Below, piece by piece: positions 26,150 through 38,525 of a stretch of DNA of 64,000 nt; position 1 is the first letter of the stretch, and every line of letters begins with the position of its first letter. This DNA comes from Squalus acanthias. Taxonomy: Eukaryota. Below the pieces are notes generated by a model. The model saw only the letters and a list, made by a program, of their open reading frames with translations, was not told where the DNA came from and searched no databases. A program made the position numbers and the translations under genes. The stretch lies in NCBI GenBank assembly GCA_030390025.1, contig CM059431.1:141486001-141550000 (forward strand), given 5' to 3'.

Positions 26150-27060
26150 TTCCTGCCGCCTGAGACTCCCCCATTCTCACTGCTCTGGGCGGAAATGCGC
26201 CATTTTGTGGCCAAAGTGCCTGAAGGCACCGCGCCCTCCACCCCCGGCCCAGACCCTGTATTGTGAGCCGGTTCAGCACATTCCTCGGGAGCTGATGCTG
26301 ACAGGAATCTCCCCTCCGTTTCTCTGCCGAGTTACAAAGCGGGTCTGTGACACTGTGAAGCCCCTCCCTCCCTCGCTGTGATCTAAACTCTGGGCTGAGC
26401 AGCCGCGCTGTCAGGCCGTGTGCTGAATGGAGCCGAGTTCCCTCAGTCACAGAGCGCGGCCCCTGTAACCCGGGCAACCATCCTGTTTCTTACCGTCACT
26501 CACACACCAGGCCGCGCCGCCCGGCCCGGCACACAGCAAACCCCGCCCACTGCACATCCCCGGATCAAAAGTGAGAAGTCGCACAACACCAGGTTATAGT
26601 CCAACAGTTTTATTTGAAATCACAAGCTTTCGGAGCGGCTGTTCCTTCGTCAGGTGAAGTAAAGGAATACAAATCGACAAGGCATATGCTTTGTCGATTT
26701 GTATTCCTTTACTTCCCCTGATGAAGGAGCATCCGCTCCGAAAGCTTGTGATTTCAAATAAAACTGTTGGACTATAACCTGGTGTTGTGCGACTTCTCAC
26801 TTTTGTCCACCCCAGTCCAACACCGGCATCTCCGCATCATCCCCAGATCAGCAAGGGAGCGGCACTGCGCCTGCGCTGGAGGGCAAGGGAACGTCACTGC
26901 GCCTGCACTGGAAGGCAAGGTAGCGTCACTGCGTCTGCGCTGCAGGGCAAGGGAGCGTCACTGCGCCTGCGCGGGAGAGCAAGGGAGCGTCACTGCGCCT
27001 GCGCGGGACCATGACAGCATCACCACACCGCCACCAGTGGCGGGAAGACTACACAACAAC
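26150..27060 (-). promoter_or_regulatory. CpG-island promoter-like region (copies at ~33270-33800 and ~36330-36850)
   Basis: GC box CCCCGCCCAC (26541); repeated NRF1-like TGCGCCTGCGC; ETS+YY1 GCGGAAATGCGCCATTTTG (~26190-26207); minus-strand donor ACG|GTAAGA at 26493. Confidence 0.65.
26568..26837 (+). mobile_element. Fold-back (palindromic) PLE-type non-autonomous retroposon with a hammerhead core in each arm
   Basis: 119-bp arms (26567-26685 / 26686-26804) with no loop, plus a 33-bp unique tail; 13-bp TSD catcccc(g/a)gatca; absent from the paralogous sites at ~33660 and ~36740. Confidence 0.9.
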
Positions 27061-27845
27061 AGAGCAACAGGAGGCGGCCATTCAGCCCCTCCAGCCTGTT
27101 CCATCATTCAATTAGACCACGGCTGATCTGTGTCTTAACCCCATGGATCGGCCTTCGTTCCGTAAACCTTAATGCCCACCAAACATCTATTAATCTCAGT
27201 TTTGACATTTTCAATTGACCCCCAGCCTCAACATCTTTTAAGGGAGTGATTTCCAGATTTTTACTACTTTTTGTCTCAAGAAATGCTTTCCGCCATCCAA
27301 ACGGAACTAGATTAGTACCTGAAAAAAATTGCAAGGCTACAGTGAAAGGGCGGTGGATTGAGTTGAAGTGTTCTTGCAGAGAGTCGGCACGGGCTCAATG
27401 GGCCGAATGGCCTCCTACTGTGCTGTAACGATGATTCTATCACCCCTTAATGCCTAGCTCTAATTTGAAGGATATTCCTCATTGTTCTGGACTGCCCCAC
27501 CAGAGGAAAAATAGTTTTTCTCTATCTATCCTGTCAAATCCTTTAATCATCTTAAACACCTCAATTAGATCACACCTTGATCTTCTATATTCAAGGGAAT
27601 ACAAGCCGAGTCTTTGCAACCTGTCCTCATAATTTAACCATTTTAGCTCAGGGATCACTCCGATGAATCGGCGCTGCATCCCCTCCAAGGCCAATATCTC
27701 TTTCCTGAGGGGCGGTGCCCAGAACTGAATAACATGTGGAACAATATTCCCGACTCAAAATACATTCAGACAGAGGTTATTAAATTTATAAAAAGTATTA
27801 CTAAACCAAGAGGAAGTCTTCCAAATTATATGCATCTATATAACC

Positions 27846-28004
27846 TACTGCTCAGAAACAACAGGTTCCTACTCCTGGACTGCCGACTACACAGACAGGA
27901 GTTTACACTGAATGTTTCACGGTCTTTCCGATATAAATTGGAGCCAAGGCCTCTTCTACTGAGATCTGACAGATTGTTACCCTGGCAACAGAGGAAATCA
28001 CTCA
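27846..28004 (-). other. Conserved exon-like block (copies ~39286-39456 minus, 58237-58400 plus; diverged homolog ~18540-18750)
   Basis: Pyrimidine-rich acceptor ttccgttttcag|; visibly more similar between paralogs than its flanks. Confidence 0.45.
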
Positions 28005-28699
28005 CTGAAAACGGAAATAACAAAACCAACATCACATGTTCGGAGTTTAGTTCAGAACATTAACCCTGAATATTCAGCCAGTGTTTCTAATCATGAAGCT
28101 GTGATTCCAATAATGGATTTTAACACCACCAGACTCCCGGACACTGCGGGTTTACTGAATCCACTGTCAGTTCCAGCTGTACAGCACATTAAGCAGCGCC
28201 GCATCTACAGAGATACATCAGAAAAATAGGCACGTTGTTGAAGATACACCCTGTGACCCCCGAAAATCAGATCGTCTTAAACCATCTAAATCTGTTACTG
28301 TTATCGAATTATATGTATCTATAAACCTGGATCGTGTGACCAACAAGAAACTTTATTCTGACAACACAAAATAATTTTAATATTCATTAAAATATAAGAT
28401 TCACGTACCATTTTATCAGTTTATACTTAAAGGATAATCATTTAATTCAACTGCCATTGTGAAATTCAGAAATAGATTCACTGATAGAAAATAACTAAGT
28501 AAACCCAGCGTCCAGTTAAGAATTGTAAGATTATTTATTGCGAGTTGGATATGAAATATATTTGAGTGTCTGGAACTACCTTAACCTGCAGTATAATATC
28601 GTTATTATGGGGAACATAAAGGTCGGTTCTTTCCAAGTTGGTGCTGGTGGCGGGGAGACAGTTAATATCTGCTGGGCTCTTGGATCAAACCCCTTCCAA

Positions 28700-29850
28700 T
28701 CTTACAACACAGGAGGCCATTCGGCCCACAGTGCCTGTGCCGGCTCTTTGAAAAGATGTCCAAACTCGTCCCACACCCCAGCTTTCTCCCCATAACCCTG
28801 GAAATTCATCCTCTTCAAGTCCAGGTCCAATTGCCTTTGGAAAGTTCCCATGGAATTTGTTTCCATCAGTTTATCAGGTGGTGCATTCCAGATCTTAAAC
28901 CTCTGTGTACAACAAATTCTCCTAATTTCCCCTCCAGCTCTTTTGCAAATTATTTTAAAACTGTGAGCTTTCGTTAACGCCTCACTTGCCAGAGGAAATA
29001 TTTCTTCCTATTTGCTCTATCAAAAACCCTCATAATTTGGAATATCTCTATTAGCTCTTCCCTTAACCTTCTCTGCTCTGAAGGCAACAATCCCAGCTTC
29101 TCCGATCTCTCCACATAATTGAAGTCCGTCATCCTGGTAAACCACCTCTGTACCCTCTCCATGGCCTTGGCATCTTTCCTAAAGTGCGGTGCCCAGAATT
29201 GTACACAATACTCCAGCCCAACCAGTGAATTGTAATGGGTTAGCATTGACCTCCTTGTTTTTCTGTTGAATGCCCCATTTACAAAGCAAAATCTCCCACG
29301 CACTCGCTTAAAAGCCTCATCAACTTATCCTGCCACCTTCAAAGATTTCTGAATCTGCACCCCCAGATCCCTCTGCTATTGTACCCACTCAAAATACTAC
29401 AGTCAAGTCTGTTCACACTGATACGCATTAAATAGCATCTGCCATGTGTCTGCCCATTTCACCAGACTGTCTGTGTCTTTCTAAAGTCTGCTACTATCCA
29501 GCTCACCATTTACAAGAGTCAAACTTGGTATCATCAGCAAACCTCGAAGGTCCACTCCCTATCCCGAAGTCCAGGTCATTTAAAATATAAGAAAACAAAG
29601 GTCCCAATTCCGACCCCTGGATGACCCAATGCACACTTCTCTCCAGTCAGAAAAAAATCCGTTCACCACTGCTCTCTGCCTCCTATCACTCAGACAAATA
29701 CAAACCCAATTTACCACCGTCCCTTTAATACCATGCGCTTCTATTTTCTGAACAAGTTTGTTATGTGGGCCTTTATCAATTGGCTTTTGCAAGTACATAT
29801 ATACATCTGCAGCACTCCCTTCATCAACCCTCTCTGTTACTTCATTTACA
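28700..29850 (-). mobile_element. Decayed CR1 RT/3' fragment carried in the duplication (copies ~34370-35520 and ~39975-41125)
   Basis: VDEGSA.DVYMDFQKPFDK..LSDRRQRAVVNG; LEYCVQFWAPHFRKD. Confidence 0.88.
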
Positions 29851-30178
29851 CTAAAACACACACAAGATTCACTGTGACTGTCTGTTTATGCTTAGAGACA
29901 GAAACTGATCTCACTTAACATTTCATTGCACAGCCTCATGCTGGATAATTGTGCTCGGTGTTCAGACTCTCCCAGTCTCATTCTCACCATTTCCTGCCTT
30001 ACCCTGTAACCTTTGTGGACTGTCTACAGGACCAGTGTGTATCTGAGTCAACTGGACTCCCTCTGACCTTTCTCCACAGTCCATCTCCAGGATCAGTGTG
30101 TATCTGAGTCAATGGGACTCTCTCTGACCTTTCTTCCTGGTCCATCTCCAGGACCAGTGTGTTCTCCACAGTCCATCT

Positions 30179-32312
30179 TAAAAGAAATTAAGGATAGTAT
30201 CCGACTAAAAACAAGGACATATAAGGTAGCCAAACTTAGTGGGAGGATAGAAGATTGGGAAGTCTTCAAAAGACAACAAAAAGTAACTAAAGGATTGATT
30301 AAGAAAGGGAAGATAGATTATGAAAATAAATTAGCAAAAAATATAAAAACAGATAGAAAGAGTTTCTATAGTTATATAAAAAGAAAAAGGGTGGCTAAGG
30401 CAAACGTAGGTCCCTCAGAGGATGAGACCGGGAAATTAATGGTGGGAAATATGGAGATGGCAAAAATGCTGAACAAATATTTTGTTTCAGTCTTTACGGT
30501 AGAGGACACTAAGAATATCCCAACACTGGACAAACGGGGCTCTGGGGGGGGGGAGGAGCTAAATACGATTAAAATCACTAAGTAATTGGTACTCAGTAAA
30601 ATAATGGGACTCAAGGCGGATAAATCCCCTGGACCTGATGGCTTACATCCTAGGGTCTTGAGGGAAGTGGCGGTAGGGATTGTGGATGCTTTGGTAATCA
30701 TTTTCCAAAATTCCCTGGACTCAGCAAAGGTCCCGGCAGATTGGAAAACTGCTAATGTAACACCCTTATTTAAAAAGGGTAGTAGGCAGAAGGCTGGAAA
30801 TTATAGACCAGTAAGCCTAACATCTGTGGTGGGTAAAATTTTGGAGTCTATTATTAAGGAGACAGTAACAGAACATTTAGATAAACATAATTTAATAGGA
30901 CAAAGTCAGCATGGCTTTATGAAGGGGAAGTCATGTCTGACAAATTTGCTCGAGATCTTTGAGGAAATAACGTACAGGGTGGATAAAGGGGAACCAGTGG
31001 ATGTAGTGTATTTAGACTTCCAGAAGGCATTTGACAAGATGCCACATAAAAAGATTATTGCTCAAGATAAAAAATCACTGGATTGGGGGTAATATTCTGG
31101 CATGGGTGGAGGATTGGTTATCTAACAGGAAGCAGAGAGTTGGGATAAATGGTTCATTCTCGGACTGGCAACCAGTAGCCAGTGGTGTTCCGCAGGGGTC
31201 GGTGCTGGGTCCCCAACTCTTTACAATCTATATTAACGATTTGGAGGAGGGGACCGAGTGTAACATATCAAAGATTGCAGATGATACAAAGATGGGAGGG
31301 AAAGTAGAAAGTGAGGAGGACATAAAAAACCTACAAGGGGATATAGACAGGCTGGGTGAGTGGGCGGAGATTTGGCAGATGCAATACAATATTGGAAAAT
31401 GTGAGGTTATGCACTTTGGCAGGAAAAATCAGAGAGCAAGTTATTATCTTAATGGCGAGAAACTGGAAAGTACTGCAGTACAAAGGGATCTGGGGGTCCT
31501 AGTGCAAGAAAATCAAAAAGTTAGTATGCAGGTGCAACAGGTGATCAAGAAGGCCAACGGAATGTTGGCTTTTATTGCTAGGGGGATAGATTATAAAAAC
31601 AGGGAGGTATTGCTGCAGTTCTATAAGGTTTTGGTGAGACCGCACCTGGAATACTGCATACAGTTTTGGTGTCCATACTTAAGAAAAGACATACTTGCTC
31701 TCGAGGCAGTACAAATAAGGTTCACTCGGTTAATCCCGGGGATGAGGAGGTGGACATATGAGGAGAGGTTGAGCAGATTGGGACTCTACTCATTGGAGTT
31801 CAGAAGAATGAGAGGCGATCTTATTGAAACATATAAGATTGTGAAGGGGCTTGATCGGGTGGATGCGGTAAGGATGTTCCCAAGGATGGGGGAAACTAGA
31901 ACTAGGGGGCATAATCTTCGAATAAGGGGCTGCTCTTTCAAAACTGAGATGAGGAGAAACTTCTTCACTCAGAGGGTAGTGGGTCTGTGGAATTTGCTGC
32001 CCCAGGAAGCTGTGGAAGCTACATCATTAAATAAATTTAAAACAGAAATAGATAGTTTCCTAGAGGTAAAGGGAATTAGGGGTTACGGTGAGCGGGCAGG
32101 AAATTGAACATGAGGCTGAGTTCAGATCGGTCAGGGCCCTCTGGGTGGCGGAGCGGGCCCAGGGGCTGAGTGGCCGGGTCCTGCTCCTGCTCCTACTTCT
32201 TGTGTTCTTTAGATTTGAGGTTAGGATCAGATCAGCCATGATCTTATTGAATGGCGGAGCAGGCTCGAGGGGCCAATTGGCCTACTCCTGCTCCTATTTC
32301 TTATGTTCTTAT
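30179..32312 (+). mobile_element. Young 5'-truncated CR1 (RT + 3'UTR) inserted into a 61-bp array
   Basis: ORF2 broken only by one stop (30583-30585) and one frameshift (~31050); GVPQGSVLGP, IADD, HLEYCIQFW; TTCTTATG-type tail. Confidence 0.95.
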
Positions 32313-32910
32313 CTCCAGGACCACTGTGTATCTGAGTCAATGGGACTCTCTCTGACCTTTCTCCCCAGTCCATCTCCAGGACCAGTGCGTATCTGAGTCA
32401 ATGGGACTCTCTCTGACCTTTCTCCCCACTCCATCTCCAGGACCAGTGTGTATCTGAGTCAATGGGACTCTCTCTGACCTTTCTCCCGGTCCATCTCCAG
32501 GACCAGTGTGTATCTGAGTCAATGGGACTCTCTCTGACCTTTCTCCCCGGTCCATCTCCAGGACCAGTGTGTATCTGAGTCAATGGGACTCTCTCTTACC
32601 TTTCTCCCCAGTCGATCTCCAGGACCAGTGTGTATCTGAGTCAATGGGACTCTCTGACCTCTCTCCCCAGCCCATCTCCAGGACCAGTGTGTATCTGAGT
32701 CAATGGGACTCTCTCTGACCTTTCTCCCCACTCCATCTCCAGGACCAGTGTGTATCTGAGTCAATGGGACTCTCTCTGACCTTTCTCCCCAGTCCATCTC
32801 CAGGACCAGTGTGTATCTGAGTCAATGGGACTCTCTCTGACCTTTCTCCCCACTCCATCTCCAGGACCAGTGCGTATCTGAGTCAATGGGACTCTCTCTT
32901 ACCTTTATCG
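32313..32910 (+). repeat. 61-bp minisatellite, longest array (others at ~23810-23960, 25711-25812, 30030-30165, 35700-35990, 41300-41640; reverse complement 53570-53830)
   Basis: Unit TCTCCAGGACCAGTGTGTATCTGAGTCAATGGGACTCTCTCTGACCTTTCTCCCCAGTCCA. Confidence 0.96.
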
Positions 32911-35900
32911 CCTGTCGATCTCTGGAAGCTCTTTGAATCGGAAGGGTTTTCTCTGGTTGGTGCTCTCACAATCCTGTGTTGGTTCACCTGCTGTTGTTCC
33001 TCAGTCTGCAATCCCTGTTTACTTACAGCTGTGGACCTTCCTCAATCACACCATCATTCACCGGGAGATCTAATAATGGCAGAGCAGAAAATGAGAACAA
33101 TATTGAAAGCGTGAAATAATGTAATGTAGACTTTTCTTCTGCTTACTAAAAATTAAATTTCAAGGCCGAGTATTTGTTTGATTTTGTCCCTTTCCTCAGA
33201 TCCCCAGTTCCGGGGCTGTGTGTTTAGTTTGGAGATTTTCCTCACAGTAAATTTCCGGACACCTGAGACTCCCCTATTCTCACTGCTCTGGGCGGAAATG
33301 CGCCATTTTGTGTCCAAAGTGCCTGAACCCAGCGCGCCCTCTACCCCCGGCCCAGCCCCTGCAATGTGAGCCGGTTCAGCACATTCCCCGGGAGCTGATG
33401 CTGACAGGAATCTGCCCTCCGTTTCTCTGCCGAGTTACAAAGCGGGTCTGTGACACTGTGAAGCCCCTCCCTCCCTCGCTGTGATCTAAACTCTGGGCTG
33501 AGCAGCCGCGCTGTCAGGCCGTGTGCTGAATGGAGCCGAGTTCCCTCAGTCACAGAGCGCGGCCCCTGTAACCCGGGCAACCATCCTGTTTCTTACCGTC
33601 ACTCACACCGGCCCGCGCCGCCCGGCCCGGCACACAGCAAACCCCGCCCACTGCACATCCCCGGATCAGCAAGGGAGCGGCACTGCATCTGCGCGGGAGA
33701 CCAAGGGAGCGGCACTGCGCCTGCGCGGAAGAGCAAGGGAGCGAGGCTGCATCACTCCAGCGCCACCAGTGGCGGGAGGACTACACAGGAAAATACCAAC
33801 AGAGGGAGGCCATTCAGCCCCTCCAGCCTGTTCCACCATTCAATTAGACCACGGCTGATCTGTGTCTTAACCCCATGGACCTGCCTTGGTTCCGTAATCC
33901 TTAATGCCCAACAAACATCTATTAATCTCAGTTTTGACATTTTCAATTGACCCCCAGCCTCAACAGCTTGTTGGGGAAAGAGAGTTCCAGATTTCCACCA
34001 CAATTTGTGTGAAGAAATCCTTTCCACCATCCAAAGGAACAAGATAATTACCTGAAGGGAAAAAAAATTGCAGTGCTACAGGGAAAGAGCGGGGGATTGA
34101 GCTGAAGTGCTCTTGCAGAAATCCAACACGGGTTTGACGAGCTGAATGGCCTCCTACTGTGCCGTAACGATGATTCTACCTCCCCTTAATGGCCTAGATT
34201 ATTTATTGAGAGTTGGATCTGAAATATATTTGAGTGTCTGGTACTACCTTAACACGCAGTATAATATCGATATTATGGGGAACATAAAAGTCGGTTCTTT
34301 CCAAGTTGGTGCTGGTGGCGGGGAGACAGTTAATATCTGCTGGGCTCTTGGATCAAACCCCTTCCAATCTTACAACACAGGAGGCCATTCTGCCCATGGT
34401 GCCTGTGCCGGCTCTTTGAAAAGATGTCAAAACCAGTCCCACACCCCAGCTTTTCCCCCATAACCCCGCAAATTCCTCCTCTTCAATTACAGGTCCAATT
34501 GCCTTTGGAAAGTTCCCATGGAATTTGTTTCCATCAGTTTATCAGGTGGTGCATTCCAGATCTTAAACCTCTGTGTAAAGCAAATTCTCCTAATTTCTCC
34601 TCCAGTTCTTTTGCCAATTATTTAAAAACTGTGACCTTTCGTTAACTCTCCACTTGCCAAAGGAAACATGTCTTCCTACTTGCTCTATCAAGACCCCTCA
34701 TAATTTTGTATAATTATTAGGTCTCCCCCTAACCTTCTCTGCTCTAAAGGCAACAATCCCAACTTCTCCGATCTCTCCACATAACTGAAGTCCGTCATCC
34801 CTGGTATCATCCTGGTAAACCTCCTCTGAACCCTCGCCATGACCTTGGCATCCTTCCTAAAGTGCGGTGCCCAGAATTGTACACAATACTCCAGCCCAAC
34901 CAGTGAATTGTAATGGGTTATCATTGACCTCCTTGTTTTTGTGTTCAATGCCCCATTTACAAAGCAAAATCTCCCACGCACTCACAAATGCCTTTTCAAC
35001 TTATCTTCCCACATTCAAAGATTTCTGAATATGCACCCCAGATCCCTCTGCTATTGTACCCCCTCAATATACTAGTCAAGTCAGTTCACACTGATCTGTA
35101 TTAAATTGCATCTGCCATGTGTCTGCCCATTTCACCAGTCAGTCTATGTCTTTCTAAAGTCTGCTACTATCCTGCTCACCATTTACAACAGTTAAACTTT
35201 GTATCATCAGCAAAACTCGAAGGTTCACTCCCTATACCGAAGTCCAGGACATTTAAAATATAAAAAAAATCAAAGGTCCCAATTCCGGGCCCTGGATGAC
35301 CCAATGCACACTTCTATCCAGTCAGAAAAACATCCGTTCACCACTGCTCTCTGCCTCCTATCACTCAGACAATTAGGAACCCAATTTACCACAGTCCCTT
35401 CAATACCTTGCGCTTCTATTTTCCAAACAAGTTGGTTATGTGGCCCTTTATCAAATGGCTTTTGAAAGTCCATATATACATCTACTGCACTGCCTTCATC
35501 AACCCTCTCTGTTACTTCATTTACAATAAAATACACACAAGATTCACTGGAACTGTGTGTTTAGAGACAGAAACTAATCTCACTTCACATCCGATTGCAA
35601 GGCCTCATGCTGGATAATTGTGCTCGGTGTTCAGACTCTCCCAGTCTCATTGCCACCATTCCCTGCCTTACCCTGTAATCTTCCTATACTGTCGACAGGA
35701 TCAGTGTGTATCTGAGTCAATGGGACTCTCTCTGACCTTTCTCCTCGGTCCATCTCCAGGACCAGTGTGTATCTGAGGCAATGGGACTCTCTCTGACCTT
35801 TCTTCCCGGTCCATTGCCTGGAGCAGCGTGTATCTGAGTCAATGGGACTCTCTCTGACCTTTCTCCCCAGTCCATCTCCAGGACCAGTGTGTATCTGAGT

Positions 35901-36914
35901 CAATGGGACTCTCTCTGACCTTTCTCCCCAGTCCATCTCCAGGACCAGTGTGTATCTGAGTCAATGGGACTCTCTCTTACCTTTATCCCCAGTCGATCTC
36001 TGGAAGCTCTTTGAATCGGAAGGGTTCTCTCTGGTTGGTGCTCTCACAATCCTGTGCTGGTTCACCTGCTGTTGTTCCTCAGTCTACAATCCCTGTTTAC
36101 TTACAGCTGTGGACCTTCCTCAATCACACCATCATTCACCGGGAGATCTAATTATGGCAGAGCAGAAAATGAGAATATTTATCGAAAGCGTGAAATAATG
36201 TAATGTAGACTTTTCTTCTGCTTACTAAAAATTAAATTTCAAGGCCGAGTATGTGTTTGATTTTGTCCCTTTCCTCAGATCCTCAGTTCCGGGGCTGTGT
36301 GTTTAGTTTGGAGATTTTCCTCACAGTAAATTTCCTGCCGCCTGAGACTCCCCCATTCTCAATGCTCTGGGCGGAAATGCGCCATTTTGTGTCCAAAGTG
36401 CCTGAACCCACCGCGCCCTCCACCCCCGGCCCAGCCCCTGTATTGTGAGCCGGTTCAGCACATTCCCCGGGAGCTGATGCTGACAGGAATCTCCCCTCCG
36501 TTTCTCTGCCGAGTTACAAAGCGGGTCTGTGACACTGTGAAGCCCCTCCCTCCCTCGCTGTGATCTAAACTCTGGGCTGAGCAGCCGCGCTGTCAGGCCG
36601 TGTGCTGAATGGAGCCGAGTTCCCTCAGTCACAGAGCGCGGCCCCTGTAACCCGGGCAACCATCCTGTTTCTTACCGTCACTCACACACCGGCCCGCGCC
36701 GCCCGGCCCGGCACACAGCAAACCCCGCCCACCGCACATCCCCGGATCAGCAAGGGAGCGGCACTGCGCCTGCGCGGGAGTGTAATGTGACGCGAACTCA
36801 TCACTATAGCGCCGTCAGTGGTGGGAGGACTACATCGGAACATATTAGCAGGAGGCGGCCATTCAGCCCATCCAGCCTGTTCCACAAACCAATTCGATTC
36901 GTTCCACAAACCAA

Positions 36915-38525
36915 TTCGATTCACTCCACTTGATTTCAGGAAAGGATTGAGCACACTGGATACAGAAAAGGCTATATGGACCCTGACAACATCCCGGCTA
37001 TCGTGCTGAAGACTTGTGCTCCAGAACTAGCCGCGCCTCCAGGCAAGCTGTTCCAGTACAGCTACAACACTGGCATCTATCCGACAATGTGGAAAACTGC
37101 CCAGGTATGTCCTGTCCACAAAAAGCAGGACAAATCCAATCCAGCCAATTACCACCCCATCAGTCTACTCTCAATAATCAGCAAAGTGATGGAAGGTGTC
37201 ATCGACAGTGCTATCAAGCGACACTTACTCACCAATAACTTGCTCACTGATGCCCAGTTTGGGTTCCGCCAAGACCACTCGGCTCCCGACCTCATTACAG
37301 CCTTGGTCCAAACATGGCAAAGGAGCTGAATTCCAGAGGTGAGGTGAGAGTGACTGCCCTTGACATCAAGGCAGCATTTGACTGAGTGTGGCATCAAGGA
37401 GCCCTAGTAAAACTGAAGTCAATGGAAATCGGGGGAAAACGCACCACTGGCTGGAGTCATAACTAGCACAAAGGAAGATGGTTGTGGTGGTTGAAGGTCA
37501 ATCATCACAGCCCCAGGATATCGCGGCAGGAGACCCTCAGGGCAGTTTCCTAGGCCCAATCATCTTCAGCTGCTTCATCAATGACCTTCCCTCCATTATA
37601 AAGGTCAGAAATGGGGATGTTCGCTGATGACTGCACAGTGTTCAGTGCCATTCACAACTCCTCAGATAATGAAGCAGTCCATGCCTGCATGCAACAAGAC
37701 CTGGACGACATTCAGGCTTGGGCTGATAAGTGGCAGGTAACATTCGCACCACAGAAGTGCCAGGCAATGACTATCTCCAACAAGCGAGATTCTAACCACC
37801 CCTCCTTGACATTCAACGGCATTACCATCGCCGAATTCCCCCCCAATCAACATCCTGGGGTGTCACCATTGACCAGAAATTAACTGGGCCAGTCACATAA
37901 ATACTGTGGCAACCAGAACAGGTCAGAGGCTAGATAATCTGAGGCGAGTGTCTCACCTCCTGACTCCCCAAAGCCTTTCCACCATATACAAGGCACAAGT
38001 AAGGAGTGTGATGGAATATTCTCCACTTGCCTGGATGAGTGCAGCTCCAACAACACTCAAGAAGCTCGACACCATCCAGGACAAAGCAACCCGCTTGATT
38101 GGCACCCCATCCACCACCTTAAACATTCACTCCCTCCACCACTGGCGAAACTTGGCTGCAGTGTGTACCATCTACAAGATGCACTGCAGCAACTCGCCAA
38201 GGCTTCTTCGGCACCACCTCCCAAACCCACGACCTCTTCAACCAAGAAGGACAAGGGCAGCAGGCGCATGGGAACACCAGCACCTCCAAGTTCCCCTCCA
38301 AGTCACACACCCTCCTGACTTAGAAGTATGTCGCCGATCCTTCATCGTCGCTGGGTCAAAATCCTGGAACTCCCTACCTAACAGCACTGTGGGAGTACCG
38401 TCACCACACGGACTGCAGTGGTTCAAGGCGGCAGCTCACCACCACCTTCGAGGGCAACTAGGGATGGGTAATAAATGCTGGCCATGCCAGCAACGCCCAG
38501 ATCCCATAAGCGAATTTTAAAAAAC
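36915..38525 (+). mobile_element. 5'-truncated non-LTR retrotransposon (CR1/L2-group RT, distinct family), present only in duplication unit 3
   Basis: PDNIPAIVLKTCAPELA..PVHKK..PISLLSIISKVME..QFGFR, MFADD, IYKAQVRSVMEY; A-rich 3' end. A 3' remnant of this family also lies at ~13820-13960. Confidence 0.88.
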
